From: Macrostomum hystrix | Taxonomy: Eukaryota > Animalia > Platyhelminthes | Direction of reading: 5' to 3' | Assembly (NCBI GenBank): GCA_950097015.1 | Contig: CATNEN010000010.1 | Span: 124,001-188,000, forward strand | Length of the DNA: 64,000 nt | Shown: positions 26,916 through 40,497 of the stretch, piece by piece | Position numbering within the stretch: the first letter of the stretch is position 1 | How the letters are laid out: the number at the start of each line of letters is the position of its first letter | Program-made: the position numbers and the translations under genes | Notes under the pieces: generated by a model | What the model was told of the DNA's origin: nothing | The model's input: the letters and a program-made list of their open reading frames with translations, nothing else | The model's database searches: none

Positions 26916-27180
26916 CGCTCTGGTGGTATCTTAGACTCTCATGGGCTGATAGAAAAGCAATTCCTCATCCAAACAAAGGCTACACAATTCCCGGCTACAA
27001 ATATTGCGGGCCTTTGAATCCGCTTGAAATACAGCTAGAAAAAACAATAATCCAAATCCTGGGCATGAGCCTGTGAATCAGCTAGACTCTGTCTGCATGT
27101 GGCATGATATTAAGTATAAGGATTTTCCAGAGGAGAAGGACTCGCTGGGACAAAGAAATGCTCAGAAGGCTAGACAATAT
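26916..27180 (+). pseudogene. Frameshifted parvovirus-VP1-type phospholipase A2 domain (PLA2X-like, Polinton/adintovirus associated)
   Basis: GGILDSH...IPHPNKGYTIPGYKYCGPLNPLEIQL / PNPGHEPVNQLDSVCMWHDIKYK / WDKEMLRRLD: Ca-loop YxGPxN and catalytic HDxxY. Confidence 0.8.
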
Positions 27181-27194
27181 GGGGGCTTTGAGTG

Positions 27195-27295
27195 GGTGGA
27201 GAGAGAGCATTGCGAGGAAGCTCGAATGGGCACAAATTGTTGCAGTAGAGTCGGGAATCGAACCCCCGACCTTCAAGTCGTGAGTCCGACGTCAG
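27195..27295 (-). mobile_element. 5' fragment of the tRNA-derived SINE, at the end of the PLA2 remnant
   Basis: Reverse complement reads CGTCGGACTCACGACTTGAAGGTCGGGGGTTCGATTCCCGACTCTACTGCAACAATTTGTG, near-identical to the SINE head at ~61015-61075. Confidence 0.8.
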
Positions 27296-28316
27296 AATCT
27301 CACCCTGAATCTCCCCACTGAGTCTCTCAGCCCTCCTCGAACCGAGTGGCGCCCCATATTCCCCAATGTACTTGAGAGATTCCCAAGTCTTTTTATCCCA
27401 AGATACTCTTGAGATCTTCTTTACAGCTGCTATTTTATATAGAAACCAAAATATGACACTACTGCCCTACTTCATAAGTGTTATAATATGTTTGAAAGAA
27501 AGCTCTGAAGGTTCGTGCCTAATAGAGCTTTCAAAATGCTTCAAAATCATATGACCAACTAACTGAGTGAGCGAACGCTCGAATAACACTGGAAAGGCCA
27601 GCCAATAACTCAATAGAGCAAACGGGTGCATTTCAATCACCCACCTCAAAACACCCAAGACTATCGATGAGTTTGCGGTTCCTGGATTTTCAGTGCACTG
27701 CATACGAGTATCTGCTTTTTCGTCATTATTTTCGTCATCAACTTTTCAGATCGAAAACTTCGTCATCCAGCCAGTCTTTTTGCTGATTAATCTTTCTCTA
27801 AGCTTCGCGCCTGAGCTTTCAGACTAGTTTTCAGCATAACTGTTTCATTAACATAATCATAGGCATATCTTCATTAATAATAAGAAGCTAATTTAGGCGA
27901 TCAATTCGATTGCAATCCGTTTTGCATCGATTCGGCTATGTAGCTGCGTCGACGTGTCCTCGCACGCCGCGACTGACAAAAAGAAGTGACAATTGCTGAT
28001 TTTTACGACCATTTGCTATTAGCTAAAAGCTAAAAGTAAGCCTTTAATATTTCTTATACAATTTAAATACGTTTTATTTGACATTTGTGCAAATCAATAA
28101 GCATTTTGTGACATTCTATAAAAAGTTTTTGTTTATGTGGATAAAAAAGAGAGCTAATTTAAATTACGGAAAGACGCCATTTTTCTTTGTTGTAACGCTA
28201 TTCTAATCATTCTTCACACAATACCAAGCGAAAATAAAAGCGTTTATTTGGCTTATCTATAAATCCAATTCGCGTATTATCTAGTTAAATAGGACAGATC
28301 TTCTTCAGATTCTAAA

Positions 28317-31300
28317 ATGACCCTTCACGTGAGGTACGTTTGTGTCTTAAAATATTTATTCTTCATATAAAATCAGCCTACCTAGTTTTCACTTTGTTTC
28401 GTTTCTTTACTCTACTTTTACGTTGTATTGACAGTCGGCCGAAATTTATAAGCTACAACACATTCTTCTTTTGCCACTGCACTATACAATTGATTATAAT
28501 AATCCTTTAGTCTAACCTATTTTTTTGCTAGAAGACTTGGCCTTTAGCAGGTTAGACAAGATTTTACTAGAAGTGGTCTTGTTATAGATTAGGGGCCTAT
28601 GTGCAAAATAGGATAGTTTTCTTTGAAAAGCTCTAGCTTTCTGTTTCTAATCTAGATATTCTCTATCAATACAGCTTGTGCATGCACTGCATGGTGCTTT
28701 TTGTTTTGTACAACATATGAAGGGCCTTATTACTTAGCCTTAGGTTTTTATATACAGCTATAGTATTCTAAGCCTAAAGTTAAAAAATTCTTTACCTAGC
28801 CATTCATTCTATCGACCATTCTGCTCATTAAATTCTTTGTTTCTTGGTCTGTTGGGGCAGTTGCAACTATTTTGACTAGCACCACTTTCTTAGGTGCTAG
28901 CAATATGGAGCCTTAGTAGCCCTTTCTTACTTTTGATAGGCCTAATTTTCAGCTTCACACATCTAAGAACAGATAATTATTATCTAGCTCGATTCTGTAT
29001 AAAAAATAGGCATCACATTTCTTTTTTCTTCTTTTTAAATTCACATTGGCTGTAAATCAAATACTTATTTGGCTCTCAAAAATGTAGGATAGATTATTAT
29101 TTTCTTATATTTCATTATATCTAATGTTATATCAGAATGTGAAAATATATGACAAACAAATTTATATTATATATCTTTTACCAATAAAGTGCTAGCTAAT
29201 TGTTTTTATATATTTGGCCATCTAGACTATTGTTGATTTTGTGTTGAATGGTTTTTAATAGATTAGTTAATTTGAAATGAATCATTTTCTTTAGAAGAGG
29301 TCTAAAAGTTTACAATATATATTCTAGCCAATTAATATATATATATATTCTTTGCTTAGTCTTTATGATTGTCAGCTACTACTAATATATTTTACCAAAA
29401 GTTAAAAGCTCTACATTACTATATTGTATAAATGTAGAAATAAAATTTAGATCTAAAGTTGAATTTAATAAATAAATGATTTGTAGATTATTTGGCTCTT
29501 GCAAAATTCTAGTTATGCCAATAAGAAAGCAAATTTAATATATTTTTTAATTCTAGCAAAACTAATTCATTAACAATCAAAAGACAGACCAGATTCTAGC
29601 AAAAATAGTAAAAAATAAAGATTGGTTTTAATGTATTTGTATTGCAGAAAATAAAAAGTAAACAAATATTTGACTCACAAACAGATAGTAAATCAAATAA
29701 GGCACATTTTGTAAACAATTTTTAATTCAATGAGATGAGGGGAAAGTTAAGCATCTTATTAAGAACATGTGTAAAAAGTATTTAAAGTGGGTTTAACAAA
29801 AATGAAAAAAAAATAGTTATCATAGTGGAAGAAATATGGCAAAGGGGACAGGAGCAAACAGAGTGTGGAAAGCAAACTACACCCAAAAAGAAAATGGGAA
29901 AGTAAAATACACAAGAGAAGAACATGTACAAAATAATCAGCAAACAAAAAGAACTGATTATAAGAATGGTAGGATAGTGAGGTAGAGAGAAAAAATTAGT
30001 GTACTGGGAAGTGTGACACCAAGAGTGAAAAAAAATTAAAACAATTTTTTCTAATTAAAAAATTCCTCGTTTTAGATGTTTTTGTTGTAATATCCAAAGA
30101 TTGAAACCAATATGCAAATAGTCGAATCTGTAGACACATCTAACTATATTGAATCTTTGCTATAGTTGTTTCATTGGTTTGATTTTGTTGATCACAAACA
30201 CATGGCCTGAGAATGCTAGTTAAGCTGTTATATTCCCATTTTAATTTTCCACAGGCAACAACTTGGACCTGACCAGGCTGACCTCTCGTTTGACAGCTGC
30301 CCTATGGACATTTCTGGCAGTGAGGACCGAGGCGAGCCGCCTTGCATGGCCCTGTTCCAGTCCATCGAGCAGACGAAAAACTCATCGACACCTCGCCAGG
30401 ACCTGACTGAGTATGCTAGCTCATCCTCCTGCTCCAATCCTGACCTGGATTTGTCACCAAACCCGGCTGACCGGGCCGACTTCTGCTGTGAGGCCGAGCT
30501 CTCTGCCACTGGCAACCAGCAGCAGCGGAGCGAGCACAGCTTTTCACAGCAGCAGCATCTCACGGCCGTGTTTGACCAGGAACAGGAATTCTACGAGACC
30601 GTCCGCATGGAGGAGGTTCTCTACACCAGGCGCAAGGAGCTCCTGATGCTGCGCACTGCTCCCGCCAAGCTTAACTTCGGCGGAGACGTGTGCCGAGTTC
30701 TCACATTTGATGATGACCCGCCGGCCGAGAACGGCTCTCCAGCACCCGCGCTGGCAACGCCACAGCAACAGCAGCCGACTACTCCTATTGGCCAGTCTGG
30801 TCTGGGCACACCTGAGCTGCTGCTAAGCGTTCGCAGCGAGCAGACGCACATGTACCGACACTGCCATGCCATCCGCAGCCTTCAGGGTTCCAACATCAAC
30901 CGTTGCACGCCAGAGGGTCGCCAGCGCTTGGCCCAAACACCTGGCCAGATTTCGCGTGTGGTGGACGAGCGCCTGCTGAATTCCGACAGGCTCTACACCG
31001 AGTTTGATTTAACCGACGAGGCCAACACCAGGGCCGTGGCCAGCGGCTCCTTCGGATTTGTGTTCACCGCTGTCAACCGGCTGGATGGCCGCGTCTACTG
31101 TCTGAAGACCGCCATGCCACAGAAGAGCAGGCACGGGCCCAGCGCCTCCGCCCAGGCCCGAGAAGGCATTCAGGTGAGGCTTCTAGTGATAATCACCGGG
31201 CGCTGTTTCGCGTGCTGGACACGCTGCTTCTCAGTCGCTTATTGTAACTTCTATTATTCACCATCTTCTCTTGTGTTTCTTTCCAGGAGGTGTGGGCAAT

Positions 31301-32036
31301 GGCCGGTCTTAGCGAGCGCCACCCCAACATCGTTGAGTACTACGGCTGCTGGGTGCAGTTTGACCGGCTGTACATCCAGCTGGAGTACTGCAACGGCCTG
31401 GCCCTGCATCAGTACCTGGCCGAGGGCCGGCGCAGACTAGCTGGCGAGCGGCTGCGACAGCTCGTGCGCGACATCGGCTCCGCGCTGGCCTTCATGCACT
31501 CGGAACGGCTGGCTCACCTTGACTGCACCACCAGCAACATCCTTATCAAGGCGCCTCGTGTCAGCCTGCCTCCGGCCCTACCGCTGTCTGATCGGCACGC
31601 CCGGCTGACGGACCTGCTGGCCGACGCCAAAGAGCGGGTCCTGTTCAAGCTTGGCGACTTCGGCCACGCCCGAGACACGGCGGACGTTGAGAACCTGGAG
31701 GACGGCAACGGCCGTTTCATGCCCATGGACGCCCTGGACCTGAGTTGCCACCCGGATCCCCGTCTGGTGGACAATTTCTCTCTCGGCCTCTGCATTTACG
31801 AGGCGGCCGGTGGTCACGTGCCGGAGTCCACTGACAGTCCGAGTGACGGCGAGGCCCGTCTGCGCCTACTGGAGCGAGGTGAGCTAGCCAGGCCGCATCA
31901 CCTGGATCCCCAGGTGCACCGTTGCGTGCTGGCCCTGCTGCACCCCGAACCGCTGCGCCGCCTCAGTCTTCAGCGGCTGCTCCACCGCCTGTGCGGTGAC
32001 CTGCTAGATTCTCACTGCCTGTCCTACCTGGGCTGA
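28317..32036 (+). CDS. Divergent Wee1-like protein kinase; exons 28317..28333 (tentative), 30255..31173, 31287..32036; ~561 aa
   Basis: RLYTEF...SGSFGFVFTAVNRLDGRVYCLK, IQ|EVWAMA...HPNIVEYYGCW...LYIQLEYCNG, HLDCTTSN, KLGDFGH, EDGNGRFM, DNFSLG; the RLDG and GH features are Wee1-like; the tentative first exon matches in phase 2. Confidence 0.8.
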
Positions 32037-33542
32037 ACTGGCCTCATTCCCCGCTTCACTCCGTCTGTGCATTTCGCTATGCTCGCTCCCGCATGGGGAG
32101 CCATTAGTCATTGAAATATTTTCACCTGTCAGCTTCTTACGCATACGCCCACTGATAAGTACATGTCCTTTTGCCTATTAGCAGTATGTAATCATAGCCT
32201 TTCTTTGTATTATAAATATATGTGCTTTGCTTTGTGCGTTGCTCCATGTATTTTACTGATGACTCGACCGCTATTCGTTAAAAACTCTAGAATTTTTGTC
32301 TTTGTTTAGCATTAGTCTTTGTAGACGAAATAGCTAGCTAGTATATTTGTTAACCAGCGATTTGTCTATTTGTTGCTCACCTCACTGACGCCAAGCAGTT
32401 GTTAAACCGTGGGCGATTCGCATTTGTCCGTCTTAGGATTTTGCTATTGCTTTTTAATCTTCCTCTTTAATAACAAATATACCGCGTGCAATGTAGCCAG
32501 TCGCGTAAGGATGCACTCACAAAGACTTTTGCTCAAGCAAGCATTTCTCTATTGGTCCACGCGAGCCGATTGGCTAGAAGCCCGGGCACCGCAGTTTTAT
32601 TGGTGCCTCGGTCTGGCAGTTTTAATTTCATAGAAATTCCTTAATGAAAAATGCGACTCAGTTATTAAGACTTGCTTATTTGCACTCGTTTGCACAAAAA
32701 CGGCTGCGATTTGCGCTTTTGCTACTAACAATAGTTTCGGTTAATCGGTTATGAAAATCCTCTCAGTCACCGAAGAAGTCGAAATTCCTTTTAAAACAAA
32801 GTTATCACTCTTACAAATATTCTCTTAAATCTGTCGCTCTCTCATCACCTTTGTGTTCGTCAGTCGTCTTGATTCTTGAGCAGCTCAAAACTCTACGTCA
32901 TTCGTCCTCTATAGTCTATACCCTTGCACCATTTCATTGCAATTTCTTTTGTTCCTTGCTTTCAATGCTAAGAAACTAAAATGTACCGTGCGGATAAGCT
33001 GTGTATTGTATTGGCATTGAACCATGTGGATTGCTGTCAGAGTTATTGACACGAAATGATTTATTACTATTCGTAATAGCAACGATTACTGATTTCAGTG
33101 ACTCAGAGAGGCAATGAAGGCTAGAAAGTTTTATCTGTCAACTTTTATGGGGGGCATCTGTAGATAAGGATAACAATGCTACCTAATCTATAACAGTGCA
33201 GGGTCGGGTTTTTAATATTCCTGCTTTTTGATAAATAATAAATCTACGAATCGTATGCACAGCGAGCACTGCAAGCTCTGAGTAAACTTCTTGCAAAGCC
33301 ACACGGTCCCTACTCAAACCTTTCCCCAGTGGCCAGAGACGTTTTACAGACCCTCTGAGCCCTGCAGTTGTTGACACTTGTAGCGCTAGAGTATTTAACT
33401 CAGTGAGTTAAGCAAAGTGTGTTTAGTTTACATAACGAGGCTGTTGGGAAATGTAGGCAAGTAAGGAATGAAGAGAGCAAAATCTGTTAAGTAATGCGTT
33501 TTTTCTTAAACATATCCAACATATTGTTCACCCAATTGATAA

Positions 33543-33615
33543 GCCCGGTTAGCTCAGTCGGTAGAGCATGGGACTCTTAATCCCAGGGTCGTGGGTTCGA
33601 GCCCCACATCGGGCG
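33543..33615 (+). tRNA. tRNA-Lys (CTT)
   Basis: 73-nt cloverleaf GCCCGGTTAGCTCAGTCGGTAGAGC...CTCTTAA...GGTTCGAGCCCCACATCGGGCG; acceptor stem pairs; T-run terminator follows. Confidence 0.96.
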
Positions 33616-34572
33616 AATTTTTTGCTTAGGCAAAAGATTAGGCATTATAAGTTGAACTTTATTAAGTCGAGATTACTTTATTTTTAAGACCAAGTCAAAC
33701 CGCAAATTTTTAACGCCATCGATTGCTGCTGTACTCACTGGTATCTCAGATCTGGGCTCACATTCGCCTAACTATTTATCAGACAGGTTAGACCGTGAAA
33801 GTGAAACTCCTGTCTAGTGACATGATCACAATTGAAGTTTTTTTGACACAGGATCAAGTTGAGCTAATGAGCTGGAAAATAATAACCGATGCGTAGTCAG
33901 TTACTTCACTTTGAATGTTTTAAAATTTAAAGCTTTAAAGTTTCGTTTTGCCGATATGTATAGAAAATGTTGTATGCCGACCACAGAACTTGCCTTGTGA
34001 ATGTTCTGTGATGCCGAAATCATTTTAGACTCTTTCAAAAGCCTTATTATGTACCGTAATCCGTAAATGCATTTTTTACATGTACATTCGTTGCAAATCT
34101 CAGGTTTCAGATGCATAAATTTAAGCCATTGACTTTTTTATTGTAGTACTACATATCAGTAGCATGAAAGAAATACTAAATGTATACACAGTTTTATGTA
34201 AATCCAAAAAACCTTTATATTTCAAAAACCAGAGGCTCTTATTTCAATTCGCTGATATAACACTGCTTGCTCTCCCGTTGATGATAAGACAGATATGATA
34301 AACACCGAATGGCTAATGACGATTTTAGCCTGGAATCCCAAGCTTAATTTGGAGTTTTACGTGCTCGCTGCCACACTGGGCTGCAGTTGAGCTCGCAATC
34401 GAGTACAAAATGCGCAGAACTTGCGCTCAGATTCGGCCTTACAATCGCACAGCGTTTTCTCAGGCATCTCAGCCAACTGCGGTAGATCGATCGAGTCCTG
34501 AAGAGCCGCAATTGCAGATAAGGGCTCGCCTGAGCTGCGGGATGCGGCCTGATTCTTGACCAGCTCGGATTT

Positions 34573-34630
34573 CCATATTAGGAAATCAACCGCTGCAGCC
34601 TAATCGCAGGCGCTCGACTGCCAAATTTGG
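34573..34630 (+). promoter_or_regulatory. Two CArG (SRF) boxes upstream of actin
   Basis: CCATATTAGG at 34573-34582 and CCAAATTTGG at 34621-34630 fit CC(A/T)6GG, ~200-250 bp before the actin ATG. Confidence 0.75.
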
Positions 34631-34814
34631 TGATCGCAGCTCTCGAGGTCGCCAGTTTTGAAATGAAACGCACGAGAGCGGTGGCCGCACCCGCCCCAAG
34701 CAGATAAGACCAGCCGCGGGGTCTATGTAAGGGGCCGCGGGCCCGGACCGCTACTTCACTTCACCGGACTCTCGAGCAGCAGGACTCACTTTGCAACTCT
34801 CGAAACTCTACTAG

Positions 34815-36120
<1,306 letters not shown>

Positions 36121-36603
36121 ACTTTGAGAACAGACTCTGCTGAGAAGAACATTCGCTGTTTGTGTTTTCCAAAGTTTTTGCACTGTTCCATGCAGCCCTC
36201 CTCCCCCTGTGCCGATTGGCGCAACGAATGCGCAACCTGTGACTGGTGACGTGGAGCGCTGGCCATTCACTTTATTCGAGGTCTTCCATCGCTAGGCATC
36301 TGCCAAATATAAATACGCTCTTATAGCTGTGTGTCATAGCTACTGTTTTTACACATAAGCAAGCTCATCTGGCTTTGCCATTCACCTTTTTCTCCAAAAT
36401 GTTGTAGAAACTTTCACATTAAAAACACAACGCACTGTCTTCAGAACTAAAGGGTATTCCTGGCATTGGTGCACCGCGGGTTTCGGCGTCTTCTGCCGCA
36501 GCTGCTGACTTGGCAATAATTCCCGCTTCATTTCACCAGCCATACAAACTCTCCCACCTCATCTAAAGTGCTCCACTCTCAGTATCACTTTGTCTGACCT
36601 CTG

Positions 36604-37140
36604 TCACTCTCAGCACTCTCTCTTCACTCTCAGCACTCTCTCCTTCACTCAGCACTCTCTCCTTCACTCTCAGCACTCTCTCCTTCCCTCTCAGCACTCT
36701 CTCCTTCCATCTCAGCACTCTCTCCTTCCATCTCAGCACTCTCTCCTTCCCTCTCAGCACTCTCCTTCCCTCTCAGCACTATCCTTCACTCTCAGCACTC
36801 TCCTTCCCTCTCAGCACTATCCTTCACTCTCAGCACTCTCCTTCCCTCTCAGCACTATCCTTCACTCTCAGCACTCTCCTTCCCTCTCAGCACTATCCTT
36901 CATTCTCAGCACTCTCCTTCCCTCTCAGCACTATCCTTCACTCTCAGCACTCTCCTTCCCTCTCAGCACTATCCTTCACTCTCAGCACTCTCCTTCACTC
37001 TCAGCACTCTCTCCTTCGCTCTCAGCACTCTCTCCTTCACTCTCAGCACTCTCTCCTTCACTCTCAGCACTCTCTCCTTCACTCTCAGCACTCTCTCCTT
37101 CACTCTCAGCACTCTCTCCTTCACTCTCAGCACTCTCTCC
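36604..37140. repeat. Pyrimidine-rich 19-21-bp minisatellite (CACTCTCAGCACTCTCTCCTT and variants)
   Basis: Visible; explains ORFs 36590..37147 and 36563..36760. Confidence 0.92.
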
Positions 37141-37797
37141 GCCTTAAAAATCCGAAAATCGCAATTGAAAAATCTTGCTATTCAGAATCTTGGGGCCGAA
37201 AATTCACAAGCTTGCAGCTCGTAAGTTAATATACTTTGTCTTCACACCATTGTTCAGTTCGTTTATTTCTGAATATAAAAATTGACAAAATAAGCTCAGG
37301 TATATAAACAATTATCGAATACATTCTAGCTGTGGTCTGTGGAGGTACAAATTCAGGATCATGTGAAACTGTCTTGGGGGCACTCGCCTTAATGTGAAAG
37401 CTGTACTGGTAGTACATGCATTTTAGTACATTCTAGGTACATAATGTGATGTCCAACAGAAACAAGAAAATTCTTGTTTCTTGCCCAACAAGAAAATAGA
37501 AATCTCTAGCAAGCTTTGCGAACTTCAGTTCAAAGAGTGAGCCAGCAAAAAAGTTTTTTTTCAGAAAGTAAGTCGATGCTGACAGCTGCGCTAACGAAAA
37601 AAACATGTTTTTGCTACTCAAGCTTCACTACTAAGAGTAGAAATGTGAGCTAAAGTCTCAAAAATATTTCTGGGAGGAAAAGAAACTCGTGTCCTCTCAT
37701 TTTCACACCTAGGAAAGAAAGATTTAAAAAATAAGTTTTCGTTTGTATTTTTTTCATGTCCTGTTCCAGAAATTACGTCCTCGATCGTCTTTATCGA

Positions 37798-40097
37798 TCA
37801 GCACTCGTCTGGGGCCGGCACGGCGGACATGTAGGGCCGTGACTGGTAGCAGCTACGGTCAGCGGGATAGGCGAAGCTGGTCTGGCTGTTGTACAGCGAG
37901 TTCAGCTTGCCAGGCTGCGCGTGCACCGGCAGCGACTGGGGGCCGCGGCCCTGCATGCGGTGATTCGGCAACATTGGAGATGTTCACGCAGCTTTCACTG
38001 AACAGTTTTGTTATAAGGTGGGATTGCTGACGGGTGGGATTGCTGACGGGTGGGATTGCTGACTGGTGGGATTGCTGACTGGTGGGATTGCTGATTGGTG
38101 GAATTGCTGACTGGTGGAATTGCTGACTGGTGGGATTGCTGACGGGTGGGATTGCTGACTGGTGGAATTGCTGACTGGTGGGATTGCTGACTGGTGGGAT
38201 TGCTGACGGGTGGGATTGCTGACTGGTGGGATTGCTGACTGGTGGGATTGCTGACGGGTGGGATTGCTGACGGGTGGGATTGCTGACGGGTGGGATTGCT
38301 GACGGGTGGGATTGCTGACTGGTGGAATTGCTGACTGGTGGGATTGCTGACGGGTGGGATTGCTGACTGGTGGGATTGCTGACGGGTGGGATTGCTGACG
38401 GGTGGGATTGCTGACGGGTGGGATTGCTGACGGGTGGGATTGCTGACGGGTGGGATTGCTGACTGGTGGAATTGCTGACTGGTGGGATTGCTTACGGGTG
38501 GGATTGCTGACTGGTGGGATTGCTGACGGGTGGGATTGCTGACGGGTGGGATTGCTGACGGGTGGGATTGCTGACGGGTGGGATTGCTGATGGGTGGGAT
38601 TGCTGACGGGTGGGATTGCTGACTGGTGGAATTGCTGACTGGTGGGATTCGTGAGTGTTGGTAATTTAAACAGACGCCGTTGGTGACCCACTGGTAGTCG
38701 AGCTGTCTGCTCCTCCAGCGAGCCGTACAGGTGTTGGTCCAGCGGCCAGTTCTGTGTGTGCAGGCCGCCCACCGCCGAGTAGCCCTGGTGGCCACCAGCT
38801 GCCAGCCTGTCGGACACGAAGTGGCTCACCTGCGATGCAGTGATTTGATGCGCTATATTTTAGAGGCTATTATATAAATTGTATTGCATTCTAATTAGTG
38901 TGCGCAGCCGCACATCCCTCACCGTCTGAGCAATGGCTAGAGCTCTTAGTTTGTCGGCCTCGTTGTCGAAGGCGTACAGAAGGTACTCGATCCCATTGGT
39001 TGACTGGTGATCGATGAGGTGCCTGCATGATAATATATAGTAAAATAAAATAAACGCCCATTGCTTTCTAATTGCTTTCAGGTGCCGCTGATTTAAAGTT
39101 AAAAGTTTAGATAACTAAAAGCAGCAAGAGTTCACTACCTCTTCAGCACCTCCAGAGCAGCGAGACGATCGTTGCCGCACAGCGAGAAGCCACAGAGAAT
39201 CTGGGATGCCTCCTGGCAGGTCATTCTATCCAGGCGCTGAAACCATTTTTCAAGTATGTACGTAAAATATATGCAATGAGGCATGGTAAAAACCCTTGCA
39301 ACAACATGTACGACAATAATAAGCTAAAATGTTTATGGCCTGACCCACCTTCTCTAGGAGGCGAACAGCTCTGACTTTGTCTGCTGAGTCTTTGAATGTG
39401 TGCAGAAGACGAAGAGTCTGTAAATTATATTACGATGAAATGCGACTTTTTCATATAAGTTTTTATTGGAAATGATCAACATGTGTTTATTACCATATAG
39501 TAATAAAGTTAAATTATTATTTATGATGATGATGATTATTACTATTACTATTATTTTTTTTTACAAAGTGCAAGTCGATTAGGTGCTGCTTATTAATTTA
39601 TTTTGCGTTGATTATGGCTATGATTATGAGTGCATTATTCAAAATATGATGCATATCGAAATATTATAGGATAAGTGTTTATTTTAATATCTTGCCTTGC
39701 TTTTTGATTAAATAAATGAATTTTAAATTAAGTGCAATTCACTTGCATTTCTGTAGGACACTGTTAGAAGGTTTTGATTATATAAGCAAAAAAATCTATA
39801 GTTAAAAATAAATAAGATGTATTAATATTAATAATCCACTTTCCCAATAATAATATATAGACACATTTTTCTGCACGTTACAGAGACAAATGTGAAGTTT
39901 GAGATTCATCATAGAGGCGTGGCTGTACAAATACTTGTCAATAAGCAGTTTTCTACAGTTGGTATACTTGCCTGCTCAGCTGACAAGATACCTCGACTGT
40001 TGATAATTTGCTCAAATTTTTTTCTCTTATCCACCGATGTACTTCTCAACGAACAAAGAAGCTTGTTATAACAGTCCTCTGCAATCGGTTCAGTCAT
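37798..40097 (-). CDS. DUF4476-like helical-repeat protein (PROSER1 N-terminal-like); exons 40097..39972, 39417..39349, 39236..39139, 39022..38923, 38829..38692, 37950..37798 (last two tentative); ~227 aa
   Basis: Joined peptide ...ILSAEQ|TLRLLHTFKDSADKVRAVRLLEK|RLDRMTCQEASQILCGFSLCGNDRLAALEVLKR|HLID...LLYAFDNEADKLRAL repeats the F..x..DK/RL.AL..L pattern; phases agree; intron 1 uses a GC donor. Confidence 0.72.
38017..38650. repeat. 16-bp minisatellite ((C/T)GGTGGGATTGCTGAC), ~39 copies, in the last intron of the DUF4476-like gene
   Basis: Visible; explains the SAIPPVSNPT repeats of ORFs 37995 and 38011. Confidence 0.93.
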
Positions 40098-40497
40098 GAT
40101 TGTAAAAAATAGCGATTTAAGTAGAAGTGATCTCAATCTCCTGTTTACGGTATAAAATTCTGTCAGCTTTTTATTTTCCAACATTTCCGACTTAAACTGC
40201 AGTAGTTTACAGTATCAACAACTTTGCTATAACAACAAATCGGATTTATTTTCGCGAACTTCGAGGATTAAAAGTATTTATTGATCGCAGTCGTGCTTTT
40301 TTCTGTCATTAAAACTATTTAGATCTTAAACAGGAGTTAGCATTTCTCACCAACAAGTTTCATCTTGTCGTACGATAATTTAGCTCGTTTCTTTTTAAGA
40401 GTAATTTTTACTGTATTTTTTAATTACTCCTAGTATGTTACAAGACATTATTAACTTAAAATTTAATGTCTGTATTTTGCGTAGAATTTATAGAACG

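Noticed and set aside
33760-33850. GACAGG...CCTGTC hairpin and T-run near the tRNA as a possible small ncRNA
   Set aside because: Short stem and no recognisable box or family motif.
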